Origin: Candidatus Moraniibacteriota bacterium
GTDB lineage: Bacteria > Patescibacteriota > Minisyncoccia > Moranbacterales > GCA-2747515
Direction of reading: 5' to 3'
Length of the DNA: 64,000 nt
NCBI GenBank assembly: GCA_046116545.1
Contig: CP175956.1
Location: forward strand, 385,734-449,733
The position numbers and the translations under genes were made by a program. The notes below the pieces were generated by a model. The model was not told the origin of the DNA. It saw nothing but the letters and a program-made list of their open reading frames with translations, and made no database searches. Numbering within the stretch: the first letter of the stretch is position 1; every line of letters starts with the position of its first letter. Positions 41,001-50,953 of the stretch are shown piece after piece.

Positions 41001-44000
41001 ATCCCCACCTAAATCAACTAACACTTGATATTCTGTTAAACCAGTTGCTGTTGTGTTTGACACAGTAACTGGAGTACGACGCATCCATGTATTTACTCCA
41101 TCTACATTCCACATTCCCATTTCTTCAGCACCTACACTGTATGTAGGCTCTTCTGAAATAAATTGTCTATTTTGTCTTTCATTCCACGCATTGTGTTCAT
41201 CATCCTCCCCAGCATATTCATAATATGCATATATTCTATTATCAGACACGACACATGCTCCTGCAGGAATATTTGTACCATCTGTTGTTGAACCAAAATA
41301 CACTTTACCTGGATAAGTAGCTGCAGATGTAACTGTTACTGTATCATCTGGCACTCCCACACCACACACAGTACCATCATGATATAAATTTACAGTTGTT
41401 GTTGTATTCTCTTGTGTTGCAATTGCAATATATTGTATATCTTCTGGAATATAATATTTATAACCCATTTCACCAACAGGTAAAAATGTAACAGCTTCTC
41501 CACCATCACTATCAGCAAGAGCTGATACACCTATAAGATTATCTGCAACAACTCGATGAGCTGGTTCGGATCCCTCAGAACCTGCATCATTTATATCTAT
41601 ATTTTCACCTCTATTAAGAGTATAACTAACACTTGTATTATCACTTCTATAAACTGTAATATTTGTATTATCATAAAGAGCAGCAAATCCAAAGTGTCCA
41701 GAACCAACACCGTACCATTCTTGTGCTGCTGGTGCCATTACAAAACTATCCCCTCCAACATTACTGTGATGCTGTGCAAGAATTGGACAACCATTTGTCA
41801 CCTCTATCATCACAGCATCATCATTTGTGAGTCCGCTACCTGAGGTATCACTAGTGGTTAAATTGTGATGAGTCCCTTGCGTAATTGTAAATGATCCGTT
41901 TGTTACAATGGTATCTGTTTCGTTACGCACTTCTACATCAGCATCACACCATGGAGAAATAAATGAAAAATAATTTGTATATCTATCCATTCGATAAACA
42001 AAATTTTCACTAGCAAAAGACACTGGTACAAGATTATCTGTACCATCTACATTATATCCACCATTAATTGGATCTGTTGTACTAATTGCTGTTGTTTGCT
42101 CAAGTGTTACTGTAGCTGTTGGGTGATGCACACTATCATATTGATTTAATGTCCCACTATATGTTGATACGCTTACATCATTATTATCAGTATAACTAAC
42201 AAAATCTGTAATCGTACCCTCTGCCGTGTCAGCTACTACGTGATAAATCTCTTCTTGTGAACTGTACGTGAATACATCTTCCCTAGAAGATATACCTCCT
42301 GTACTATCATTTCCATAATACATACAAATTTCTTCTGTTACTCCAGCATCTATATTATCCATTTGCAACCATATCCGAGTTGATGTCGTATTCATATCAT
42401 CTGCAATAAAATATGGGAGAATATTGTCATCAGTATCTATAAATCTAATATCATCTCCATCTAACTGCATTTTATTTGTACTAACCAGTGATGAAGTATC
42501 TGTATCTATATATACCTGATACTCTGTTGCATCTATTGCATCAGCATCTGTGTTATCTATATCAAAACATTTTCTATAATTCCAAATTTCTTCTGCAGTC
42601 CTATTAAAAGACACACACTCTAATTCTGGACTAAGTGTATTGTCATCAGTTTCAAAATTAGTGCGATATTGAAAATATTGATTATCAATCACATTTGTCA
42701 AAGTCACATTTGGTAGATTAATTGTACTATTCATCAGTTCTGAATAGTAAGTTGCTCCAGTTCCATCTGGACCTATAAAAGATTCTCCACTACAAGCAAC
42801 ATCATCACAACTTCTTACTTGAAACTTCAGCCTATTTGCTCCACGACGATACAAATTACTAATCTCAGTTGTGCTAAGCGCCCTATTCCATACAGCTGCT
42901 TCATCCATTCGTCCATCTATTTGTTCTCCTCCACCACCTGAACCACCTATTATCATAGGATTTGTATTTACTGTTCCTGTGAATTGACTTGGCTCATCCG
43001 CAACAACTTGACCATCTACATATAATCGTTCACGAGTAGCATCTGCAGTGTAAACCAAGTGTTGCCACCTGCCCGTTGCCAAAACAACACTTCCTGTATT
43101 GATTGTGTTGTAGTTATATAAAACCCCTCCATTTTGCTCAAAATAAATATCATTATTTGAAGCAGTTGTTGTATTTTTGTGGAAAAAACTTCTCCAACCA
43201 CTCCAGTCATCAGCATAAACCCAAATAGATGCAGTTATTTCTGTTGGAAATGAGAGACTTGCATCATCTGCAATTGTAATTTCATCATCACTTCCATCAA
43301 AATCAAGTCCTGTATTAAATTGTCCAGCTAAACCATATCCTGTACCATTATATGAACCGTCATTATTACTTCCAGAACTATCAACTATCGTTCCACTTGA
43401 TTCATTCATATGCATCAATAATACATTCCCAGTCATATCAGTGTTACCAGCACTATAATTACTTTCAATACCAGTATTATTTGGCAACTCTTTATATGTA
43501 GGTGTATTTGATGTCCATATGAAATCTGTCCAAGTTGTAACTTCTTTAGCGTCCAAAATTTCTGATGTATATATACCAGTTCCATTTGTGAGTCCTGTAC
43601 CATTTAGTTCAACCCAATTATTTCCAGCATCCCACCACGTATCACTATAAGTTCCATTATTAAATTCTGCTACACTACATGTTTGCAAATCTTGGAATTG
43701 ACTCCACCAATCATTACTTGATGTGTCAGCAACAGTATCTCCATAACTATTTATTGTTAAAAAGTCATCAGTGTCAGCAACTGCAACTAAATCATCTTCT
43801 CCCGCTTCAAAATTTCCATTAGTATAGGTGCCTGCATCAAATTCAACCTTATCATCTATGTCATTTACTGAACGAGTTTCATACTTTAATAATTCTATAC
43901 CTTCATTTACTATATTTTCATTTTCTGTAAAGTTTTGCACCAATATTTCAGCTTCAATGTATTGAGGCCCATAATATTGTGAAGTAATTATAGTAAGCAT

Positions 44001-44306
44001 CAGAAATGATACTGAAAAGACAGCAGCTACACCTCTCCACGCCTTTGAAATTCCCATTGTTGGAAATTGTGATGATACAGCTATTATTTGTATTTGTTTT
44101 TTGCTCTTTTTTTGTTTTTTAATTGCCTTAGGTGCCTCACTAATAAAATTATTCTTAAGCATTTTTTGAACTCTCTGTTGTGCTCTTTTTTTTGCTATAA
44201 ATCTATATATTTTTTTATATATTCGTTTAACAAAAATAAAAAATCCCCGAATCATTGATTCTAGTTTATCTAGTTTATATTCATTTATTTGAATATTATG
44301 GGACAT
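38016..44306 (-). CDS. giant (2096 aa) membrane-anchored surface protein with concanavalin-A/LamG-like lectin domains and an internal ~330-aa duplicated module
   Basis: N-terminal basic stretch + TM (AWRGVAAVFSVSFLMLTIITSQYY) then ILVQNFT; LamG-like block GLDFDGSDDEITIADDASLSF..ASIWVYADDW..RWQHLVYTADATRERLYVDGQ; second ConA-like block around NANHVDQSN..VIEFNGSY; duplicated module (..FVYRMDRYTNYFSFISPW..VTFLPVGE.. and ..FTYRVDRGNDVFSFYAPF..VTFLSQKE..). Confidence 0.7.
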   Translation of the reverse strand: MSHNIQINEYKLDKLESMIRGFFIFVKRIYKKIYRFIAKKRAQQRVQKMLKNNFISEAPKAIKKQKKSKKQIQIIAVSSQFPTMGISKAWRGVAAVFSVSFLMLTIITSQYYGPQYIEAEILVQNFTENENIVNEGIELLKYETRSVNDIDDKVEFDAGTYTNGNFEAGEDDLVAVADTDDFLTINSYGDTVADTSSNDWWSQFQDLQTCSVAEFNNGTYSDTWWDAGNNWVELNGTGLTNGTGIYTSEILDAKEVTTWTDFIWTSNTPTYKELPNNTGIESNYSAGNTDMTGNVLLMHMNESSGTIVDSSGSNNDGSYNGTGYGLAGQFNTGLDFDGSDDEITIADDASLSFPTEITASIWVYADDWSGWRSFFHKNTTTASNNDIYFEQNGGVLYNYNTINTGSVVLATGRWQHLVYTADATRERLYVDGQVVADEPSQFTGTVNTNPMIIGGSGGGGEQIDGRMDEAAVWNRALSTTEISNLYRRGANRLKFQVRSCDDVACSGESFIGPDGTGATYYSELMNSTINLPNVTLTNVIDNQYFQYRTNFETDDNTLSPELECVSFNRTAEEIWNYRKCFDIDNTDADAIDATEYQVYIDTDTSSLVSTNKMQLDGDDIRFIDTDDNILPYFIADDMNTTSTRIWLQMDNIDAGVTEEICMYYGNDSTGGISSREDVFTYSSQEEIYHVVADTAEGTITDFVSYTDNNDVSVSTYSGTLNQYDSVHHPTATVTLEQTTAISTTDPINGGYNVDGTDNLVPVSFASENFVYRMDRYTNYFSFISPWCDADVEVRNETDTIVTNGSFTITQGTHHNLTTSDTSGSGLTNDDAVMIEVTNGCPILAQHHSNVGGDSFVMAPAAQEWYGVGSGHFGFAALYDNTNITVYRSDNTSVSYTLNRGENIDINDAGSEGSEPAHRVVADNLIGVSALADSDGGEAVTFLPVGEMGYKYYIPEDIQYIAIATQENTTTTVNLYHDGTVCGVGVPDDTVTVTSAATYPGKVYFGSTTDGTNIPAGACVVSDNRIYAYYEYAGEDDEHNAWNERQNRQFISEEPTYSVGAEEMGMWNVDGVNTWMRRTPVTVSNTTATGLTEYQVLVDLGGDVSHMFGHTQTDGGDIRVAGSIGDGTDNIVYALEDFNDTAATGYTWVKVPTIAATSTATFYIYYNPGINLGAYNPILWLDAADTSTITTTGTSVTNWDDKSGNANHVDQSNAGSQPTLTTDGGNQVIEFNGSYMEDGSGLWVSGTTYTDTYTFVAFKNLVLPEDGTLFNETIQAGQYEGRAPNVTNVEFQANTNGGGALSGAYGGDTTTYHVLRFEAHDGGDRIIARDGTTIVSDTNGDSFRGRGRTFNVGSQAGGGRPQSMSLGEMLVFDGNLTTIEVAEIENYLVEKWETGPTSSLLTTGDYNGIFHTATQKANYYVVDERAVGETLSIISFTDNNSINDSFTTQIVDEGEIITAPFGSGILQTDSYSVTGPLHIGFDGDGTDSALPIAYAGTEFTYRVDRGNDVFSFYAPFADATVQIQESSGAGWTTLQTVTVSTGTVQTVVQDIVNTRVFKIISDEPILGFHQASSNDSNILYPTHLGLEEDSGEYEIYGVGTGSVLLGASSDANVTLYRSDGTSTSVVLNAANNFAYTESGGGSQGTALGYHIVSDAPIGATSYADSDGNEVVTFLSQKEFSREYVVSNPTQYMAIVARDANVTCRVYDDTGTEITIDATGTMDNIPPQTGGAQTDPYPNNIHIGGDDTSDGAYFQAGYHMTCDEPVYAYYEHHLNSSVTDETSWLTWPQVRKRAYIEPNVENVDDADEQGLFYESGKDSTTAGIDFEAYAEYTFDTSALIYGEHTYWRDVTWEEITNSRSGANGVEQVTVEVASADPSPTCATASYGSYINVAPTTLATSVDVSLPYVTRTTNTQQILFDDNFSDHSCVKMRIYLRTNNQAYAPKINYVKTGYYVPTLLDDQLNSPTILIEGATSGTSERYRTLKSLTSDAGLNGSQVFTTFENVSDGSVFTQADLDLFEVPSQTINNQFTFPPFPGVTPVDAVTQSVFDSSNDVATYFTHERSSGALETMDFIFNVDIGSVGGPQISRDFQLEISGL

Positions 44307-44362
44307 TACTTTTGTTTTTATTTTAGGGACTTTATATTTCGTTTTTTAAATAAAAAAACAGA

Positions 44363-44398
44363 TGAAAAAATTCGTGTCTGCAGACACTTTTTCACCCG
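44363..44398 (-). terminator. terminator of the 193-aa gene / leader hairpin of giant gene
   Basis: gatgaaaaaa-ttc-gtgtctgcagacac-tttttcacc nested hairpin; T-run follows on minus strand. Confidence 0.5.
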
Positions 44399-44483
44399 TA
44401 TTCGATTTTATAAAAAATATTTTTTTGTTTCTTCAATATCTATCTTTTAATTTCTAATTATCCATTAGAAATTTAAATATTGA

Positions 44484-44615
44484 AGAAACAAAAAAATGGA
44501 TAGCCATTTCTCTATAAAAAATCTATAAATTCAATGTTTATTTTGATAGATTTTATTCAGAGAAAAGGCCACCCATTCCTTATCTTCTTAATGTCTATTA
44601 TACAGCAGAAAGTCC
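44484..44615 (-). repeat. conserved ~130-bp 5' leader repeat upstream of the giant surface-protein gene
   Basis: gaaacaaaaaaatggatagcc ... aaaaggccacccattccttatcttcttaatgtctattatacagcagaaag ; second copy at 46289-46425. Confidence 0.55.
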
Positions 44616-44794
44616 CTAAAGTCAATGTTTTACTATAAAAGTTAGTACTTTTTACATTTCTTATATCTTCAAACCCTCTTATATTAAAGCTTTTTATGAA
44701 TATCTAAAATTCATAAAAATTTTCTTATTTTATTGTAATGAAAATAAAACAAATTTTACTCAAAAATAAAGTAATTTACTTTATTTATTTTGAC

Positions 44795-45376
44795 CTATTT
44801 ACTAGCTCCTCTATGTATATATGTAGTTGATTCAAAATCATCACCATCAGTTAACGTAACCTCATCGCCTTCTGCTCTTTCCACTATAACTTCTATACAC
44901 TCATCGTCATCGATACTTCCCTCATCACTAATAACAGCTCTTGTATTTATATCAATTACTACTGTATATGTATTATCAAAATGTTTTCCTGTTAATAATT
45001 CTATAAACAGTTTATTTTCATAACCTTCATTTTGAATTAAAATTTTATTTATCTTATATTCTTCTAAACAACCCAGTGGATCATCATCACAATCATCACA
45101 AACATTTGGGATAACCTTATTTAAAATTTTCTCAATTTCTTTATCATTTGGAACTTTTGATAAATCAGCTCCAATTTTTATATTATTAGAATCATCTTTT
45201 TTTGTTATTTTTTCCTTTACTATTCCAAGTGAAATGTTTATGACTTCTGTATCGTTTCCATGCGTTATAAATGCAGAAACAATCATAACAATAATAGAAA
45301 CTACAATCAAAACCAAATAAAGTCGTGTGGTTTGAATTGCCTCTTTTCTTTTACTGTTCTTTTTTTGTTTTTGCAT
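44795..45376 (-). CDS. small membrane-anchored protein (MQKQKK N-terminus), paralogous N-term to 45505..46236
   Basis: MQKQKKNSKRKEAIQTTRLYLVLIVVSIIVMIVSAFI signal anchor, acidic Cys-containing ectodomain. Confidence 0.45.
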   Translation of the reverse strand: MQKQKKNSKRKEAIQTTRLYLVLIVVSIIVMIVSAFITHGNDTEVINISLGIVKEKITKKDDSNNIKIGADLSKVPNDKEIEKILNKVIPNVCDDCDDDPLGCLEEYKINKILIQNEGYENKLFIELLTGKHFDNTYTVVIDINTRAVISDEGSIDDDECIEVIVERAEGDEVTLTDGDDFESTTYIHRGASK

Positions 45377-45398
45377 GATGTATAATTATTATGTTTGT

Positions 45399-45452
45399 AC
45401 AAAAAAATAGGTGAAAAGATTTTCTGCACATTGCATATATATCTTTTCACCC
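45399..45452 (-). terminator. terminator of the 243-aa gene
   Basis: ggtgaaaagat...atcttttcacc 11-bp stem, followed on minus strand by TATTTTTTTG. Confidence 0.6.
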
Positions 45453-45504
45453 ATAATTTAACTTCTAATTCTTTTCCAATAATTAATTTCTAATGAAATT
45501 TATA

Positions 45505-46236
45505 CTATTGTGGTGTTGAAGAAACTGTTAAACGAAATGTTCCTGTTTCTCCATCAACCATATTTGCTCCACAATCAACTACAAGACCTAATTGACGATC
45601 TTCACCAGTTGGTACTGCAAATGATCCTGAAGAAGCGTTTGCTACTGATAATACACCAGCAGTAACTTCTAATTGAATTGCGTCATTTGGTGCAGTATTG
45701 TACCACTCTGTTAGTGATCCATAACTACCAGGACTTGGATTTGGTAATTCTGTAATAGCACCACCTGTACTATCTTGATCAGATGTAAACAACCAAATGT
45801 CAGCATCTCCTGCATTGAAATTGTCTACTGTAGCAGCTTGACCATTTAAATCAGCTTCTACTGTAAGAGTTACATCCCAGTTTGCAGCATCTGTATTATT
45901 CAACTGCAATACATCAGTATAATATGTTCGATCTCCTGCAAAACATGTAAATGATATCTCCTCATGAGATAGATTTGTTACAGCAGTACCACCGTCTCCA
46001 TTGGTATCATCTCCATTAGAGATAGTGCTACCAAGATTTACTGTTAAATAAGTTGAAGCGGCTGCGTCTGCACCAGCTACCTTTTCGATTGGAGGTGTAT
46101 CGACCACTACATCCCATTGTGTAAAGTTTTGTACCAAAATGGCACCAAGAACAGGAGCTCCCACAAATAGAGCTAATGCTAGGGCAATATATAGCCCTCT
46201 TTTTTTCGCTACGCTTTTTTGTTTTTGTTTTTGCAT
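45505..46236 (-). CDS. small membrane-anchored protein (MQKQKQK N-terminus; shares post-TM ILVQNFT motif with the giant protein)
   Basis: MQKQKQKSVAKKRGLYIALALALFVGAPVLGAILVQNFTQ; Thr/Asp/Gly-rich ectodomain. Confidence 0.45.
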   Translation of the reverse strand: MQKQKQKSVAKKRGLYIALALALFVGAPVLGAILVQNFTQWDVVVDTPPIEKVAGADAAASTYLTVNLGSTISNGDDTNGDGGTAVTNLSHEEISFTCFAGDRTYYTDVLQLNNTDAANWDVTLTVEADLNGQAATVDNFNAGDADIWLFTSDQDSTGGAITELPNPSPGSYGSLTEWYNTAPNDAIQLEVTAGVLSVANASSGSFAVPTGEDRQLGLVVDCGANMVDGETGTFRLTVSSTPQ

Positions 46237-46288
46237 ATGCTTAGCATATTAATTAATTATATGAGCTTATTTTGAGCTCATTATTTTA

Positions 46289-46425
46289 GAAATAAAAAAA
46301 ATGGATGTGCTTTATCCTTCATCAAAAATCCACCCATACACCCTCCTGGAAGTATGATTTGATTTCATCTGAAGAAAAAGCCACCCATTCCTTAACTTCT
46401 TAACTACATTATACAGCACAGAAAC
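46289..46425 (-). repeat. second copy of leader repeat, upstream of the 243-aa MQKQK gene
   Basis: gaaataaaaaaaatggatgtgc ... aaaaagccacccattccttaacttcttaactacattatacagcacagaaa. Confidence 0.55.
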
Positions 46426-46646
46426 ACAATCGTCAATATTGACAAGTACAAATTTTTACTTGTAGTCCATAGGTTATCAACTTTATAATCTGAGTATACT
46501 ATAATTGCTGTCAAAATTTCACCGCATTATTCCCTATTTTTCCTCAAAAAAGCTAGACGAAAAAACACTCACATGTTACTATAATACAAGTAAACTACTG
46601 TTTCTGAACTCACAGAAGCTCTTATAAATTTATTAGAAAAAACCGT

Positions 46647-47309
46647 ATGCATATCACATATCATGGATTGTCTTGTTTTAAAATTGTAGCAAAAACTGAA
46701 GGACGCGGAAGTAAAGATGTAACAATAGTATTCTCTCCTTATGACAAAAAGTTGGGACTTCGACCTCCTCAAGGTAATGCTAATGCTGTATTTATTCCAC
46801 ATCCAAATGAAATGTTCAATAATCCTGATATATTAAGAGGTGAGCCAGTTGTAGTAAATAAGCCTGGTGAATACTCAATAGAAGGTCTTAATATAATAGG
46901 ACTAGATGCTCCGGCTGATCCTCGTGATGGTATAGACCGTGGTAATACTGTAGTTTTCACTTTAAATATTGAGGATATGAAAATTGCTTATTTAGGAGCT
47001 CTGGGCATGGAACCTTCAACTGAGATATTTGATAAAATAAGTGGTGCTGATATATTATTTGTACCAGTTGGAGACACAGAAGGACTTGATGCAAAAACAG
47101 CTGAGGTAATAGCTCGTAAAGTAGAAGCTAAAATTATTATACCAATGCAATACAAGGTTAAAGGCTTAAAAGTTAAAACTCTCCGTGATGAAAAAGACTT
47201 TTGTAGTGAAATCGGCAATTGTCCCAAATCAAAAGAAGAAAAGTTAACCTTAAAAAAGAAGGATCTCGAAAATAAAGTAATGGAGGTCGTGCTGATGAAA
47301 GTTAGCTAA
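46647..47309 (+). CDS. metallo-beta-lactamase-fold protein (COG2220/UlaG-like) with degenerate metal-binding motif
   Basis: MHITYHGLSCFKI (cf MKITWLGHSAFLIE), C-term ILFVPVGDTEGL...IIIPMQY (cf HVGDTG...VIPMHY); HxHxDH position reads IPHPNEMFNNPD. Confidence 0.45.
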   Translation: MHITYHGLSCFKIVAKTEGRGSKDVTIVFSPYDKKLGLRPPQGNANAVFIPHPNEMFNNPDILRGEPVVVNKPGEYSIEGLNIIGLDAPADPRDGIDRGNTVVFTLNIEDMKIAYLGALGMEPSTEIFDKISGADILFVPVGDTEGLDAKTAEVIARKVEAKIIIPMQYKVKGLKVKTLRDEKDFCSEIGNCPKSKEEKLTLKKKDLENKVMEVVLMKVS

Positions 47310-47338
47310 ATATAAAAACTAACATAATATAAGTAGCC

Positions 47339-47620
47339 ATGTTTGATAAAATAGAAAAAAAAGTGGAAGAGGTGCGACAACAACCTGAGGAAATACGAAT
47401 TCGTTACGTATGGGGTTCAGTTGCTATTACAATGTTTTTTGTAATTTTTATATGGCTACTATCAATGAAAATAAACTTCTTACAAGTATCTAATACTAAT
47501 GAATCTACTGAAGCTGTTGAAGACTTACAAAGGCGTATAGATACACTAAATAATGGTGGTATCTCACCTGATCAAGCTATCTCTATCGATGAATTATTGC
47601 AACAAAATTCCGCTGAATAA
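47339..47620 (+). CDS. small single-TM hypothetical protein
   Basis: 93-aa ORF, TM WGSVAITMFFVIFIWLLSM. Confidence 0.35.
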   Translation: MFDKIEKKVEEVRQQPEEIRIRYVWGSVAITMFFVIFIWLLSMKINFLQVSNTNESTEAVEDLQRRIDTLNNGGISPDQAISIDELLQQNSAE

Positions 47621-47755
47621 AACAAAAAATCTATAGTTAACCTCTCTTTTTATAAAAATGAGAAAAGAGATTAACTATAGAATATAGATAAAAAACAAAC
47701 AAAAAACATATAGGAGGATGTTTTTTGTCGTTTTTGTGTGTAAATCGATGTATAT

Positions 47756-47777
47756 CGTTCCCGTGTAGACGGGAATC
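47756..47777. repeat. palindromic unit upstream of gyrA (cgttcccgtgtagacgggaatc)
   Basis: stem TTCCCGT/ACGGGAA resembling the gtcattcccgcgaaggcgggaat unit. Confidence 0.4.
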
Positions 47778-47804
47778 CAGTAAATAATAAATAAATTTAA
47801 TAGT

Positions 47805-50267
47805 ATGGCAAAGAACAAAAAAACAGATGAACCAGTTGTACATAAAGCTGTTACACCTCAACCAATAGTTGAGGAAATGCAAAAATCATATCTTGAATAT
47901 GCTATGAGTGTTATTGTTGCTCGTGCACTTCCTGATGTACGTGATGGGATGAAGCCTGTGCATCGTAGAATTCTTTACTCTATGTGGAAAACAGGTCTTA
48001 AACCAACTGCAAAGTTCCGTAAAAGTGCTACCGTTGTTGGTGAAGTACTTGGTAAATATCATCCACATGGTGATACAGCTGTTTACGATACAATGGTTCG
48101 TATGGCTCAAGACTTCTCACTCAGATACCCTCTTGTATGGGGACAAGGAAACTTTGGCTCAATGGATGGGGATAGCGCTGCTGCTTATCGTTATACTGAG
48201 GCAAAACTACAATATATAGCAGAAGAAATGCTATTTGATATTGAGAAAGACACTGTTAACTTTCGACCAAACTTTGATGGAGTTCACCAAGAACCATCTG
48301 TACTTCCTGCAAAGCTACCTCAATTACTACTAAATGGAACAATGGGCATTGCTGTTGGTATGGCAACAAATATTCCACCTCACAATCTAGGCGAGCTGAC
48401 AGGTGCTATAATGCATCTTGTAGATAAACCAAAAGCAGATGTTGATGACTTGCTAAACTATGTGAAAGGCCCTGACTTCCCTACTGGTGGCATGATTTAT
48501 AATCAAACAGAAATCCGCGAGGCTTATGCGACTGGACGAGGACGAATTACTATGCGAGCAAAAGCTGAAATTGTAGAAGGTCGTGCTGGTCAATTTTCAA
48601 TCATCGTTACTGAGATGACTTACCTTACAAATAAAGCAACTCTTATTGAAAAAATTGCAAATTTGGTAAAAGATAAAAAAATAGTAGGTATAAAGGCATT
48701 ACGTGATGAATCAAGTAAGGATGGCGTACGAGTTGTTATGGATCTTAAGAAGGATGCGTACCCTCAAAAAGTTTTAAATAGACTTTATACTCTTACAGAC
48801 CTACAAAAAAACTTCAATGCCAACATGCTTGCTCTTGTTGATGGTATTGAGCCACGAATTCTAAACTTAAAAGAAATTTTAGAATATTATATTGCTCATC
48901 GTAGAGAAGTTATAACAAGGCGAACACAGTTTGATTTAAACAAAGCAAAAGAACGCGCACATATCCTAGAAGGATTACAGATAGCGTTAGACAATATCGA
49001 TGCTGTTATAGCAATTATCAAAAAATCCAGAACTCGTGAAACAGCTCATGAAAACTTACGTAAAAAGTTTAAACTTTCAGATTTACAAACAGTTGCTATT
49101 TTGGAAATGCGACTTCAGACGCTTGCTGGATTGGAAAGAAAAAAGATTGAGGATGAATTGAAAGAAAAAATGCGTATTATCAAAAAGCTTGAAGCAATCT
49201 TAAAAAGTGAGAAGAGACAAAAAGAAATTCTCAAAAATGAACTTATTGAACTTACAGAAAAATTTGGTGATGCTCGTAAAACCAAAGTATTCAAAAGTGC
49301 TGTAGGAGAATTCAAACAAGAAGATCTTGTACCAAATGAAGAAGCTCTTATCACAATGACAACTGATGGATACATCAAAAGAATGAATCCAATAAACTAC
49401 AAGGTGCAAAAACGTGGTGGTAAAGGAGTAATCGGAGGTAATACAAAAGAAGATGCTAGTGTACGGAGTATGCTTAGTATCATGACTCATGATAATCTTT
49501 TCTTCTTTACGAATACTGGTAAAGTTTTCCAAATAAAAGCATACGAAATTCCAGAATCAACTCGTACAGCTAAGGGAAATGCTGTTGTAAACTTCTTACA
49601 ACTTGCACCCAATGAAGAAATTACAGAAGTAATTCCATTCAACAAAGAAGATAGATATAAATTCTTATTTATGGCAACAAAGGCAGGTGTCGTGAAAAAA
49701 GTAAAAATCAAAGACTTCGATAATGTAAGACGAGGTGGACTTATTGCAATAAAATTAAAGGGTGATGATAAATTAAAGTGGGTTAAACCTACAACAGGAA
49801 CAGATGAAGTATCACTTATAACTGCAGGAGGTCAAGCAATACGATTCAAAGAGGCTAACGTACGCGCAATGGGTAGAAGTGCCGCTGGTGTACGAGGAAT
49901 CAGATTGAAAAAAGATGACTATGTAGTAGGAATGGACGTAATATTTGCTAAACAAAGGGGTGCTGAACTATTTGTCTTAACAGAAAATGGTTATGGAAAG
50001 AAAAGTAAGATGACACAATACAAAGCACAAAGGCGTGGAGGATCAGGAATCAAAACTGCAAAAATAACTCCAAAGACTGGTCAAATAGTAAGTGCTTACA
50101 TAGTGAGTGCCGATGATACAGATAGTGACGTGATAATAACAAGTGCAAACGGACAAATAATCCGTACACCACTAGGAAACATCTCAACACTCTCAAGAGC
50201 AACTCAAGGAGTAAGAATAATGAAACCAAAAGCAGGCGACAAACTAAGCGCCGCAACAATTTTGTAA
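47805..50267 (+). CDS. gyrA: DNA gyrase subunit A
   Basis: N-term [27 protein letters not shown], active-site region, C-terminal beta-pinwheel with QRRGGKG / RGG repeats; 820 aa. Confidence 0.9.
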   Translation: MAKNKKTDEPVVHKAVTPQPIVEEMQKSYLEYAMSVIVARALPDVRDGMKPVHRRILYSMWKTGLKPTAKFRKSATVVGEVLGKYHPHGDTAVYDTMVRMAQDFSLRYPLVWGQGNFGSMDGDSAAAYRYTEAKLQYIAEEMLFDIEKDTVNFRPNFDGVHQEPSVLPAKLPQLLLNGTMGIAVGMATNIPPHNLGELTGAIMHLVDKPKADVDDLLNYVKGPDFPTGGMIYNQTEIREAYATGRGRITMRAKAEIVEGRAGQFSIIVTEMTYLTNKATLIEKIANLVKDKKIVGIKALRDESSKDGVRVVMDLKKDAYPQKVLNRLYTLTDLQKNFNANMLALVDGIEPRILNLKEILEYYIAHRREVITRRTQFDLNKAKERAHILEGLQIALDNIDAVIAIIKKSRTRETAHENLRKKFKLSDLQTVAILEMRLQTLAGLERKKIEDELKEKMRIIKKLEAILKSEKRQKEILKNELIELTEKFGDARKTKVFKSAVGEFKQEDLVPNEEALITMTTDGYIKRMNPINYKVQKRGGKGVIGGNTKEDASVRSMLSIMTHDNLFFFTNTGKVFQIKAYEIPESTRTAKGNAVVNFLQLAPNEEITEVIPFNKEDRYKFLFMATKAGVVKKVKIKDFDNVRRGGLIAIKLKGDDKLKWVKPTTGTDEVSLITAGGQAIRFKEANVRAMGRSAAGVRGIRLKKDDYVVGMDVIFAKQRGAELFVLTENGYGKKSKMTQYKAQRRGGSGIKTAKITPKTGQIVSAYIVSADDTDSDVIITSANGQIIRTPLGNISTLSRATQGVRIMKPKAGDKLSAATIL

Positions 50268-50282
50268 ACTACTTTTACAAAA

Positions 50283-50328
50283 TAAAAAAACACTTAGGGA
50301 CAGGTTTCAAACCTGTCCCTATTTTGTT
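50283..50328 (+). terminator. gyrA intrinsic terminator
   Basis: agggacaggtt-tcaa-acctgtccct-attttgtt. Confidence 0.75.
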
Positions 50329-50349
50329 ACCACATCTTGGCATCCTGAA

Positions 50350-50400
50350 CTTTTTTAAAAAATACAAACCCGTAGGATACTTATATCCACACGGGTTTTA
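50350..50400 (-). terminator. terminator for minus-strand small-gene array
   Basis: aaacccgt-aggatacttatatccac-acgggttt with T-run on minus strand. Confidence 0.6.
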
Positions 50401-50406
50401 TTGATT

Positions 50407-50838
50407 CTATTCTAGCAATACAAATACTTCACCAGCCTTTTGTGCAATTCTGATCATTTCTTCTCTTTCTTTGTTTTGCATCTTTGTTCCATTGCCCCAT
50501 ATAAGATCTCTGACGTGAGGTGTTCTAAAAATACTTTTTGGCAAATCTATATTCATATAACAGACCTTCGTTGCCAACAATAGTGGGAATTTAGGAATAA
50601 GCACTCTCTTTTCCCAAGAAAACTGGTCAATTACCCCTAAATACAAATAATCCTCTTTTGCTGGACTAATAATTAGTACATTGCCCTCTTCAACAAATGT
50701 AAGGTTCATCCCCAATTGCAAAAATTCTTTAGTATATTGTGCTGCATTTTCACTAATAAACTCAAGTCTCAACTCAAGAACCTCACAAATTATACATTGC
50801 TCTTCCTTAATAAAAAAATCTTTGATTTGTTCTTTCAT
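50407..50838 (-). CDS. hypothetical protein (member of small-gene tandem array)
   Basis: 143-aa ORF with good SD (GGGAGGAG) 8 nt upstream; conserved ~40-nt motif 39-79 nt upstream. Confidence 0.4.
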   Translation of the reverse strand: MKEQIKDFFIKEEQCIICEVLELRLEFISENAAQYTKEFLQLGMNLTFVEEGNVLIISPAKEDYLYLGVIDQFSWEKRVLIPKFPLLLATKVCYMNIDLPKSIFRTPHVRDLIWGNGTKMQNKEREEMIRIAQKAGEVFVLLE

Positions 50839-50876
50839 AACTAAACTCCTCCCAATATTTACTTTAAAGAACTAGT

Positions 50877-50917
50877 CCTCTTATAAAACTACGACTATTC
50901 GTAATCTTGATGAGAGG
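50877..50917 (-). promoter_or_regulatory. conserved ~40-nt upstream motif of small-gene array (copy 1)
   Basis: cctcttataaaactacgactattcgtaatcttgatgagagg. Confidence 0.45.
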
Positions 50918-50953
50918 AGCAAGAAGATTAAATTCAAACTCCTTGCCCACAAA

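Noticed and set aside
47712-47762. 16-codon uORF (MFFVVFVCKSMYIVPV) upstream of gyrA, preceded by TAGGAGG
   Set aside because: The SD abuts the ATG with no spacer, so initiation is unlikely; it is more probably part of the palindromic repeat unit/promoter region
47637-47882. Minus-strand ORF 47637..47882 (81 aa)
   Set aside because: It overlaps the gyrA start and the upstream hairpin; it is hydrophobic low-complexity and most likely spurious
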